Source of the DNA: Macrostomum lignano
Taxonomy: Eukaryota
Assembly (NCBI GenBank): GCA_002269645.1
Contig: NIVC01000854.1
Coordinates: 124,001-188,000 of the forward strand
DNA length: 64,000 bases
Direction: 5' to 3'
This document shows positions 34,679 to 53,260 of the stretch, piece by piece. The notes beneath the pieces are model-generated. The model searched no databases. It saw nothing but the letters and a program-made list of their open reading frames with translations, and was not told the DNA's origin. Every line of letters begins with the position of its first letter. Position 1 is the stretch's first letter. A program made the translations under genes and the position numbers.

Positions 34679-36479
34679 GGCCTCAAACCACTTGGAATTA
34701 TAACTCGAATCAGCTTCAAACTCGGTGCACGCCCTCGTCGAGTTTGCGTGCTTTTTTACCAGCCAAATTGAAGCCTTATCGCTCTAAGTCTATGCTGAAA
34801 AAAATTATAACCAACGCTGCCGTCACTGGTTTTGGTAAACTTTTTTACTTTCTGGCATGTTTTTTGGCCTCAACCTTTCTCTTATCGGAAGACTGTGGAG
34901 CGTAGTAGTGACACTACCAGACCCCTCATTTTTTAAGATAGGTGCGCCATTTCATTTCTTTCCAAATTTTTTTCTTCCCAGAAAGTAGTTCTCGAACCTG
35001 AATGAGCACGCTGTTTCGTGGTCGTAAAGGTCTACTGAGCTCGGACATTGATCCTGACACGGTGCTCAAAGCTGAGCGATTATGGTTTCGGCACAATGCA
35101 TGCAGATAGCTTGTCTGCATGACAGTTATAACAGACATTCTGCGCTCTGCGTGTGACTCGCCTTTACACAAAACACATAGCGACGTAACTAAATGACACC
35201 CTAAAGTCCGCGGCGACCTTTAAACAGAGCTTCGAAGGAAGCACACATAAAAAATGAAAAACAGCAACGGTAGCGGTCAGACAGGGCCTCGGAATGCAGG
35301 ACTGTCCTCACAGAACAAAATGTGGCGCAGGTAAGCCCGCGGCCACATTGCCACATCGTTGGTAGAACCAGACCGTCAAGGTAGACGAAACTGCTGACAT
35401 CGAGTAGTTCCATCGCCTGTCGCTTGTCAGAGAATCGCAGTCTCGATACCGTTCGGCACGCAGAGCACGATGGTCTTCCGCGTGTTGATTGATCTACAAG
35501 GCCGAAACTCGCCGCAACAGCAACCAGCGTGTCCAGTTGTCACTGGGAGCGGTGGAGCAAAGCACACTGACCGTCTCTCTGTTTGGCGTCGACCCAGGCG
35601 TCGCCCCAGCAGAAGCCGTCATCGTTGGTAGGAACAACACTGCTCAGCACCCAGCCAACTGCCGGAACAAACAAACACCCCAACGGAGCAAACGTGGCTC
35701 CCAGGAGCACCTTAGAGGATGTTTAAAAGAAGTCTGATTAGGCCGTTGTTGACGCAGCAGCTTTTTGCGTTAAACAGTGCCATTGCAGCCTCAAAAAACG
35801 GTAAAATCCTCAGTAACTAATCAGCGCATCAAGACAGCGTCTCAAGAATACGGTGCATTTAAGGTGCCAAGAAAGAATAAATACATGCACCTCTCTGAAG
35901 TTCTATTAACATTTTTTTCAAACTTATTTTAAACCCTTGTCCAGAAAACCAACAATTGAAATGTTGATGTTTAACTCAGAATTATTCAGCAAGTTTCTAA
36001 CGAAAAAGTGATTAAGCCATAGCCAACGACAAATCCACTATGGAAACGTGGCTTCACAAACCCTCTGCACAAAATAGGAATTGTGCCACGCGCTGCACCA
36101 GGGGATTAAGTGAACTCTGCCTATAATCCTTCAGCTAGAACTAGGCGCAAGAACAGGTTTGCTCACAATGGAATCTCTCAGAGGATCACGATTATGAATA
36201 AAGACAGCAGATGGCTTCTGTCGCTGGCTTAGCTGACGTGGCAAACAGCAGATGTTGCAGCTCTATCTATGATCTGCAGCCAGACTAACCAACAACAACA
36301 AGCAAACAAGTTGAAGAACCAAATCTCGCTTTGAGGACACGTGGCAGAGCTCTGGATTAAGCCACCCGTCTCTCTAACTGTGCATAAAAGCTGCGCCTGA
36401 CTACGCAAATCTGAAGATTCCTCGCTGCGAACTGATTCTACTTGTCCCGATCAACTTCTCAACTAGCATTGCAGTAGCC

Positions 36480-37196
36480 ATGGCAAAGTTCTGCGACGCC
36501 CTCTTCGCCCTGATTCTGGTGACTTTTGCTGCCGCCGTTGCCGCCTCTGTCTCCTCTGAAGATTCCGACGAGGTTGCCAAGCCGAAGTACACGGTCACCG
36601 AGGAGGTCTGGTTCGAGATCGAGATCAAAGACCTCGACGGGCCCGGCGACGACTTTACCGGCCGGTTCACCGTCGCCGTGTTCGGCGAGGACGCCCCCGC
36701 TACGTCGATGAACTTCGCGTCCCTGGCCCGCGGCTGGAAGTCCGCCAAAGGCGACGTGCTGCACTACAAGAACACCCCGGTGCATCGCGTTGTGCCGGAC
36801 TTCGTCGTTCAGATGGGCGACGTGGTGCGCAAGGACGGCACCGGCGGAGCCAGCATCTTCGGCAAGGCATTCAACGATGAGCCCTTCATCCTGTCGCACC
36901 GCAGCGCCGGCTGGGTTGCCATGGCCAACCACGGCCCGGACACCAACGGCTCGCAGTTCTACATCACCCTGACCAAAGCTCGCTGGCTCGACAAGCATCA
37001 CGTAGTGTTCGGCAAAGTCGTCCGCGGCTTCGACGTGGTCAACACGATCGGCGAGGTGCCAACGAATCCGTCAAATGCGCAGCCGAAGAAGCGAGTCCGC
37101 ATCATGGACTGCGGCGTGGTCGGCATCAAGAAGCCGTACACGCTGAGCAAATCCGACCTTGACTCGACGGCCGATCTGGTCAAGTCCGAGCTGTGA
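36480..37196 (+). CDS. PPIB: Cyclophilin B (ER peptidyl-prolyl cis-trans isomerase), intronless, 238 aa
   Basis: N-terminal signal peptide. Motifs VTEEVWFEI, YKNTPVHRVVPDFVVQMGD, GTGGASIFG..FNDE, MANHGPDTNGSQFYIT, WLDKHHVVFGKV. C-terminal KSEL. AATAAA at ~37315. Confidence 0.96.
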   Translation: MAKFCDALFALILVTFAAAVAASVSSEDSDEVAKPKYTVTEEVWFEIEIKDLDGPGDDFTGRFTVAVFGEDAPATSMNFASLARGWKSAKGDVLHYKNTPVHRVVPDFVVQMGDVVRKDGTGGASIFGKAFNDEPFILSHRSAGWVAMANHGPDTNGSQFYITLTKARWLDKHHVVFGKVVRGFDVVNTIGEVPTNPSNAQPKKRVRIMDCGVVGIKKPYTLSKSDLDSTADLVKSEL

Positions 37197-38194
37197 GCGC
37201 TGCACCAGTGCCAAACAATGAAAAACTTGCTTCTGATTTGATAATTAACGCATTGTATCTAAATATGGTTAGCTATTAATTATTAAATAGCTGCGGTACT
37301 TATAAGTTGGCTGAATAAAAATAAATATAATAAATTTGATGCTTTGACTACCAGCGTAAACACCAGGGGCTCCCCTCTCTCGGATGCCATTTGCTAGTTA
37401 TAAGTTGACAATTATTTCGTGGCTTTGTGATTGTGAATGTCATTTTTGAGGGTACATGTATGTACGCAATTTCATGTGTTTATAAATTACATAAAAATCC
37501 TACATTTAGATTATTAGTATTTGATGCTGGCGCCCCTTGGTGCTGCTATAACTGCTATACTTATAATGTAACTTTCTAATCTAATACATAAAGACCCCCA
37601 TTCAGACATTTACTCAAAATCAATGCTTAGTACGCACCCAGCACAATAGGGACAGAAACTCCTTCACAATAATAAAAATAATCAGATTTTCTATGAAAGC
37701 CCAATCAGATTTGATAAAAAGTCTATTGTTACTGTCATCACGAATTTTTAGTAGTCTGTTCCATCTAGCAACGCCAACGCAAATTGCTGCTGAAGGTGGA
37801 TTAAAATGGGCATCCTTTTATAAACTTAACAAAAACTCGTATAATGATAACAAAATTTAATTGTCAAGAGACAGCTCGAATTTACTAATTTGAATACTAA
37901 TTAGACGGCAGCCAGTCAGTAGTGTGGTGCAGATATATGCAAAAAAATGGATATGATTTTCTGAGCTAAAGTAAGAACTATTCCCAATAGATCAAGGAGA
38001 GAGTCAGGTTGTACAGCCGATATGTATCGAAAATTACAGGAAATTATATGATATCAGTCGCTTCTATTACGGTTACTAAACACACAAACACATATTCGAG
38101 CTGGGTGTTGAAAATTACAATTCACTTGCAGTAGCACGCAAAATATCAAAATTTATAGAGAAAAACATTCACAACCCACCTCTACTACTAGCAA

Positions 38195-38930
38195 CACAGC
38201 CGATATGTATCGAGAATTTTGATATTAACAGTTAGCTTGAACTGTCGATAACACCCGATATGTATCGATAATTTAATATTAACAGTTAGCTTGAACTGTC
38301 GATAACACCCGATATGTATCGATAATTTAATATTAACAGTTAGCTTGCATTGTCGATAATACCCGATATGTATCGATAATTTAATATTAACAGTTAGCTT
38401 GAACTGTCGATAACACCCGATATGTATCGATAATTTAATATTAACAGTTAGCTTGAACTGTCGATAACACCCGATATGTATCGATAATTTAATATTAACA
38501 GTTAGCTTGAACTGTCGATAACACCCGATATGTATCGATAATTTAATATTAACAGTTAGCTTGAACTGTCGATAACACTCGATATGTATCGATAATTTAA
38601 TATTAACAGTTAGCTTGCATTGTCGATAATACCCGATATGTATCGATAATTTAATATTAACAGTTAGCTTGAACTGTCGATAACACCCGATATGTATCGA
38701 AAATTTAATATTAACAGTTAGCTTGCATTGTCGATAATACCCGATATGTATCGATAATTTAATATTAACAGTTAGCTTGAACTGTCGATAATACCCAATA
38801 TGTATCGATAATTTAATATTAACAGTTAGCTTGAACTGTCGATAACACTCGATATGCATCGAAAATTTAATATTAACAGTTAGCTTGCATTGTCGATAAT
38901 ACCCGATATTTATCGAAAATTTTGTGTTAA
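38195..38930. repeat. 54-bp minisatellite with internal palindromes
   Basis: Unit AACAGTTAGCTTGAACTGTCGATAACACCCGATATGTATCGATAATTTAATATT, about 13 copies, just downstream of the bestrophin B stop. Confidence 0.96.
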
Positions 38931-39008
38931 AGTGAGCTTGCACTACCGTTAATACCCGATATGTACCGAAATGTTGGTTTAAACACAGCAAAACTACGCA
39001 CAACACAG

Positions 39009-46116
<7,108 letters not shown>

Positions 46117-46941
46117 GATGGTTGCTAACCGACAACCGTTGCTTTGCTAATAAACAATTTCTTGCTGGCTTGTTTGTTTGAGGAACCTTTTTGTTTAACG
46201 GCGAAGTACTGCTTACCGCAACTCTGGCTTGCCCCCCTTAGCGCGCCAAGGTCAATCGGAAAATTCCACTGAGCTTCTTTCTATATAACATGCAGCGCAG
46301 GGTAAGGGGAAAGGAAAAGGGAAATGAAGAGCTGGGAGAGGCTAGAGCTGAAATGTACACTCGGGACCGTACATTGATGAAAACGGTGGGGGGGCTAGGT
46401 TAAGGGTGGGGCTTTGAGAGTGAGAATAGACTGCTACTTTAGACTAGAAGGCGGGATCAATGTACACTGAACGGAGCTAGACCGGAGCGGCGGGTCGGGT
46501 GACGGGTCAGGAGGGGAGGGCAAGCAAACGACAACAACAGCATACTCAAGTGCGGGCGTGAGTAGATGAGAAATGCAATTGCAGTTGCAATTATGAAAAT
46601 TGGACATGCATTGTACTGGCCACTATTGTGTTATCGACTCGCTCAGCAGAAAGCTTGTTGGCTGACTCAGGCTGAGTGGTTGATGCTTTCTATACGAGTC
46701 GCCAAGCCCTTGAAGTGCAACTGCTACTTTGCAAGTAAAAGATCGAAGAATCCTATCCTAATCTTTCTAAACAAAGCTATATGCAGCATGCCATATGCAT
46801 GCATGTCATATTTAAACGCCACCGAATCCTTACTACAGTTATCATCAATTTATTAGCATTAACATGTTCCTCTTAGCACTTCATCCATAATCCAGTAGCC
46901 TATCTAGGGAGGGGGGTGTATCCACCCCCATTTCGCTGACA

Positions 46942-48301
46942 CATAGGCGTAGGGACGTGGGGCCATGGCCCCCCACTTTTTAAAATGGGGGGGCAGTAAT
47001 GGCATCTGGCCCCTCCACATTTTAAATGTAAAATGTAGACTTCTTGATTATTTTTTGTTTTTGCTGCTTTGCATGAATACATTTTGCTACGGGGCGACAA
47101 AACATAGCGCCTGCAGCGCCAAAATGAGTGCCTGCAGCGCCAAAATGAGTGCCTGCAGCGCCAAAATGAGTGCCTGCAGCGCCAAAATGAGTGCCTGCGG
47201 CGCTAAAATGAGTTGCCTGTGGCGCTAAAATGAGAGCCTGTGGCGCTAAAATGAGTGCCTGCAGCGCCAAAATGAGTGCCTGCAGCGCCAAAATGAGTGC
47301 CTGCAGCGCCAAAATGAGTGCCTGCGCCGCCAAAATGAGTGCCTGCGGCGCTATAATGAGTTGCCTGTGGCGCCAAAATGAGTGCCTGCAGCGCCAAAAT
47401 GAGTGTCTGCAGCGCCAAAATGAGTGCCTGCAGCGCCAAAATGAGTGTCTGCAGCGCCAAAATGAGTGCCTGCAGCGCCAAAATGAGTGCCTGCAGCGCC
47501 AAAATGAGTGCCTGCAGCGCCAAAATGAGTGCCTGCAGCGCCAAAATGAGTGCCTGCAGCGCCAAAATGAGTGTCTGCAGCGCCAAAATGAGTGCCTGCA
47601 GCGCCAAAATGAGTGCCTGCAGCGCCAAAATGAGTGCCTGCGGCACTTTATAAAATGAGTGCCTGCAGCGCCAAAATTAGTGCCTGCGGCGCTAAAATGA
47701 GTTGCCTGTGGCGCCAAAATGAGTGTCTGCAGCGCCAAAATGAGTGCCTGCAGCGCCAAAATGAGTGTCTGCAGCGCCAAAATGAGTGCATGCAGCGCCA
47801 AAATGAGTGCCAGTAGCGCCAAAATGAGTGCCTGCGGCACTTTATAAAATGAGTGCCTGCAGCGCCAAAATTAGTGCCTGCGGCGCTAAAATGAGTTGCC
47901 TGTGGCGCCAAAATGAGTGTCTGCAGCGCCAAAATGAGTGCCTGCAGCGCCAAAATGAGTGTCTGCAGCGCCAAAATGAGTGCCTGCAGCGCCAAAATGA
48001 GTGTCTGCAGCGCCAAAATGAGTGCCTGCAGCGCCAAAATGAGTGTCTGCAGCGCCAAAATGAGTGCCTGCAGCGCCAAAATGAGTGTCTGCAGCGCCAA
48101 AATGAGTGCCTGCGGCACTTTATAAAATGAGTGCTGACAAGATGGGTTTTGAAAACAATTGGAACATGATAATGTGCATTTTCCGTAAAAAAAATCTTAC
48201 TCGATGGGGCGTGCACCCTGTGGGCCCCGCCCCCCCCCCCCCCCCTAAATCCATCACTGAACCTGCCCCCCCCCACTTTTTGAAACGTTCCTACGCCTAT
48301 G
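46942..48301. mobile_element. Non-autonomous hAT-like element carrying a 21-bp tandem array
   Basis: TIRs CATAGGCGTAGG/CCTACGCCTATG. 8-bp TSD CGCTGACA (46934-41)/CGCCGACA (48302-09), 7/8 match. Internal array GCGCCAAAATGAGTGCCTGCA at ~47105-48135. Confidence 0.8.
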
Positions 48302-48619
48302 CGCCGACAGAATATCGAGCGTCACTAGCCCGTTGATCGATTAATTATTTTTGTTGTAGGCAGGTTCAAGGGCTGCAAAGATTTAAATCGCGATTAAATC
48401 AAGTTAAATTTTCTGAGCTTTCTGTTACCCTCGAGCGGTATCAAAGCCACTAATTGTTGCCAGCTGTTGCACTTAAAGACTTGCACTATGAAGTTTGCAG
48501 CGTGGCAGCAATTCTCGATGACTTAAGAAAATCACTGATTGCCTGTCATCATTCTTATCTTAATTAGCCAAATCTGTCAAATCATGGAAAGATCTCGGTC
48601 GGCACCACTAAATGAGCGA

Positions 48620-48640
48620 CAACAACAACACAACAACAAC
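48620..48640 (+). mobile_element. Tail-only (CAA)n retro-insertion flanked by a 10-bp direct repeat
   Basis: AAATGAGCGA (48610-19) + CAACAACAACACAACAACAAC + AAATGAGCGA (48641-50). Confidence 0.6.
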
Positions 48641-49749
48641 AAATGAGCGAATAATTCAAAGCTTCGGTCTGGATTGCTGTTTTGTTTTAACGCGACTCGT
48701 AGAAGGTTCAGCCGTGCAATCTGCGCACGATTTTGTTAATTTTTAAAAAACGAGACGTCATTCTTCGTTTGTGCACTGAGTATACTACTTAGTAAGTAGG
48801 GAAGTTAAGTCCTGCAAAGTTCTGTAAATGGAAATATGTAGGCTGGCCTACACTACAGTCGTTATAATACAACTAATACTCAAATCTTTCAAATTCCCCG
48901 TGGAAATCGAATTCTCATATAGTATAGTATAATTCCCGCCGTATTATTTTATTATACATATATGATTAATTGAATATACTGTAATTATAATCATACCGGT
49001 ATTATTATTTTTGCCATTCTTAGCGTACGAGCGTAGGTACATCGTACATGTAGGTAATAAAGTGAGGGAAGGAAATGAATAATGACCTTTTCTCTGGGCC
49101 ATAAATAAATATATAGCAACTTTCAACAGCCGTCGATTTACTGAAAGGTAAGCAGGCTTTATGCAAATATTTTTTTAGATTCGAGCTAACGAATCGAACG
49201 TAACTGTTAGGGTAATGCATTCTGGCACAAGACAGAAAATTCCTAACTCGATTGATATTCGACAATTTGCATTTACGAAAACCCTAAGGAGAGCAAGAGC
49301 TTAAATGAAAACAAAACCTGACCAGAAGCAATTCAAAAGTGAACTCGTATTGCAATTGCACAGTTTAGTCTGGCACAGTTAGACAGTCATGCGCTAATAC
49401 TAACAACAGACACGACGCTATGGCCTATTGGGGCGCGGGGGCAGAAGAAAGACATTGGTGTTTGCACACCCCGTGTTTCGTTCGGTTCTGCTGTTGATTA
49501 ACTATAAAAAAGAGAAGGGGTTGGGTTGGAGCTATATTGGTACAATGTACATTTGTAGAATTTGGCCCCTCCGAAGGAAAGGGTAAAGAATATTGCCCCA
49601 CCCCAAGAGGGCATGTACATTGCACCCCCTTTCTCTCCATGGCCCTTAACGAAGATAAGGCCTCACCCCTATACAAAAACGCCCTGCAGGCCAATTTCAA
49701 CTTAATTGAACTGAAATTAAACAAACGCCGCGATTAAGCAAATACGGTC

Positions 49750-52134
49750 ATGGAGCGGGAATACCCGAAAAGAAAATCGTCAACGCACCCGGACAGAGTC
49801 GGTAAGAGGCGTCGATACAAGCGACTGCTATTTAAGAATGGCGACATGAACATAACGCAGTGCTCGGTGAAAGACAGGCGGAGGCGCTATCTAGCCGACA
49901 TATTCACGACGCTAATTGATTCAAAATGGACTTACGCCGTTTTGTTATTTGTTGCTGTTTTCGTTCTCAGCTGGTTAATTGGCGGCCTAATTTGGCTATT
50001 GGTGGCCTTCAGCCGACAGGACACGATCCCAGAAAAAGCTGACTCTGCTCGCTGCGTCTACGGAGTGAGTAGCTTTATAACTGCGTTTCAGTTCTCCTTG
50101 GAAACTCAGCACACCATCGGTTACGGTACGCCTCGAACGGCGAATTCTTTTTGCCCAGAGGTGGTACTGTTTGTTATGCTGCAGTCGGTTGTCGGCGTGC
50201 TCATACAGGTGAGTGACAGCCTGTTAATTGCTTTCGTACTCTGTTTATCTGTTTGACAAAAAGCTGGTTTGATTTCAAACTTCGAGAAAAAGTCCGTGCG
50301 CTACTGCGCCACGTGTTGCCACTTGCCAGCTGCCCCAGCTTCACAAGCAATTAAAGTGCATGCTATAGTTTCTCCCTGTTTTGCTATTTGCAGTCAGCAT
50401 ACTGTACTTAAAGTAGCCCAATTTTAAGTCTAAATCTACTTTAGCCTTTATTATTCAGTAGTAGCAAAAGATTGGGTATATGAATATTTAGCATAACGAA
50501 ACGTGTGTGTGTGTGTGTGTCACATGATGCAGACAGTGTGTCACATGATGCAGGCAGTGTTTGTGTCACATGATGCAGGCAGTGTTTGTGTCACATGATG
50601 CAGGCAGTGTTTGTGTCACATGATGCAGGCAGTGTGTGTCACATGATGCAGACAGTGTGTGTGTCACTTGATGCAGGCAGTGTGTGTCACATGATGGAGG
50701 CAGTGTGTCTCACATGATGCAGGCAGTGTGTGTCACATGATCAGGCAGTGTGTGTCACATGATGGAGGCAGTGTGTCTCACATGATGCAGGCAGTGTGTG
50801 TCACATAATGCAGACAGTGTGTGTGTCAAGAGACAGGGGCGCCCACCTAAGAGTTCGGAGCGCCCACCTAAGAGACAGGAGCGCCAGCCTAAGAGACAGG
50901 GGCGCCAGCCTAAGAGACAGGGGAGCCAGCCTAAGAGACAGGGGCGCCAGCCTAAGAGACGGGGGCGGCAGCCTAAGAGACAGGGGCGCCAGCCTAAGAG
51001 ACAGGGGCGCCAGCCTAAGAGACAAGGGCGCTAGCCTAAGAGACAGGGGCGCCAGCCTAAGAGACAGGGGCGCCAGCCTAAGAGACAGGGGCGCCAGCCT
51101 AAGAGACAGGGGCGCCAGCCTAAGAGACAGGGGCGCCAGCCTAAGAGACAGGGGTGCCAGCCTAAGAGACAGGGGCGCCAGCCTAAGAGACAGGGGCGCC
51201 AGCCTAAGAGACAGGAGCGCCAGCCTAAAAGACAGGGGCGCCAGCCTAAGAGACAGGGGCGCCAGCCTAAGAGACAGGGGCGCCAGCCTAAAAGACAGGG
51301 GCGCCAGCCTAAGAGACAGGGGCGCCAGCCTACTCGTAAGAAACAGGGGAACTGAATTAATTGATTCAACTGAATGCTGAGTCCGAACTCCGGAAAGCTT
51401 AATTCAGCTGACTGGCTCCTCAAAAACCCGCACCCATGCAGGCCTTCATGACGGGGTTCATATTCTCAAAGCTGACTCTACCCGGCAAGCGAGCTGGCGC
51501 CATCATGTTCAGCCGAGAGGCCCTAGTTACTAAGCGAGACGACCAAATGGTGCTGCTAATTCGGGTTGGCGACATGCGCCGGTCCCAGCTGATGGAGGCC
51601 AGCATCAAGGGCACTTTAGTACGAAAGCGAATCACTAGGGAAAACGAGATATTGCCGTTGGAACAATTCCGAGTCGATTTCGGCGCCTCCACAGGTAGAG
51701 ACCGCCTGTTCCTGCCGTTCCCAGCCATTGTGGAGCATCGAATCGATGAGAAATCCCCGTTTTGGGATATCTCAGCCGACGACCTTCAGCACGAGCAGTT
51801 CGAGCTGGTAGTGGCTCTGGCCGGCGTGGCGGAGTCGACCGGAAGCACAGCGGAAGCTCGCACCTCCTACCTGCCCTCGGAGATTCGTTGGGGCTACAAT
51901 TTCGAACGATTAGTAACCTATCAGAAAGAAAACGGTCGCTACCAGATCGATTTTAACAAATTCAATTCCACCCGCCCGACGCCTCTGTTTCCTAGAATGT
52001 CGGCCAGGCAGATGGCCGGCCTGTGCGAGGCCAATCTGAGACTCTTTGATGCGCCAGCCGCAGCCGGCTCTCGCATATCGGCTATTGATGAAACTCAAAC
52101 AGTCAATCCCGAAGAGATGGACACCCATCTCTGA
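49750..52134 (+). CDS. Inward-rectifier potassium channel (Kir family), 2 exons, ~383 aa
   Basis: Exons 49750-50208 and 51442-52134 (CAG|GTGAGT ... CAG|GCC), in frame. Motifs KNGDMNI, YLADIFTTLIDSKW, AFQFSLETQHTIGYG, CPE, IMFSREALV, IRVGDMRRSQLMEA, EHRIDEKSPF, ARTSYLPSEIRWG. Confidence 0.95.
50505..51335. repeat. Two abutting minisatellites in the Kir intron: ~21-23-bp GTGTCACATGATGCAGGCAGT and 21-bp AAGAGACAGGGGCGCCAGCCT
   Basis: First array ~50505-50825, second ~50830-51335. Confidence 0.95.
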
Positions 52135-53260
52135 CAGGCTGGCCGAGTTTACATCAAGGACTACTCCTTCCTCGGTACTTGGCACAGATACTAGATGGGC
52201 CACTCAGCACATTTGCGTGCAAGCTACTTTTAGTTCAGTAGTAAGTTAAACAGAAGAATTTTAATTGTATTTTTAAACCCAAGGCTCATTTATTGGCTCT
52301 CACCCCCCCCCCACAAGCTTAAACCCGCCAACCGCGCCTTTCCACACTTACCCCCCGCCCGCCCCAATTTTTATTGCCTTTCTCGGAATTCCAGCCTAAA
52401 GCTGCCATTTACATTTCAGTGGACATGGCTAATGTACATTATTGCTGAACCAATTAAGCAGGTTGTTTACGCACCTGCAAGCTTGGGCTTCTAAACTTAT
52501 TAAATTCGTTTCAGCTGCCTTTATTTTTATAAAATAGCTTATGTATTCTTCTTTGCTACTGAACTGAAAGTAGAAAGCAGTTTTGCTAAGTATATATGCC
52601 TTGATCTAGTTATTTTAGTATCTGTGGTCCTACATTCAGTCAGGGTAGGAACGAGGGCCTCTAGAAGTTACCGTTGCGTCAGGGCGTATCGCATAACAAT
52701 TCGCATTTTATGGACAATTTATTTGAAGGTCCAACCTTACGTTTTAAACACTGAATGAACGATTTCTTAACATTCTGCTAATACCACGATTACACGAGGG
52801 TAAAAAACTGAAAACTTGAAGCGAGATTAGGCCTTAAAATTATTGAAGCGTAAGTAGTATATTACGTCCTGACATAATTGCAACGGTAACAGTGCTATAC
52901 CTATAAGAACTGTATTTTTAAGTTGAGAACCTGTAAAAATTCTCATTATTGTTTTAGGCTCTGATAAATCAAAGTACTTTAACTTCATTAACAAATGTTT
53001 TTGTTGTTCTAACTTTTTTGTGCTGTATAACAAAAATCTCGATGGTTGTAATTGTTTCCTAGATTTTCACGCTCTTTTGTTCTGTAACTTTTTTCCATTT
53101 AAATGTTGAACACACTATTATGTGTAGAGTAGTTTCGAATTAGAAACAATTAAAATGTTAGTTAATAATTTGCCAGGTATTTTCTAGTCGAATACAATCA
53201 TAAAAATGTATGTAGTTTTTTTTTCTTTTCTAATTTTAAAATGTCTGCAAGAGATGCATT

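Noticed and set aside
35200-35740. GC-rich, coding-like segment between bestrophin A and cyclophilin B
   Set aside because: Stops in all frames and no recognisable motif.
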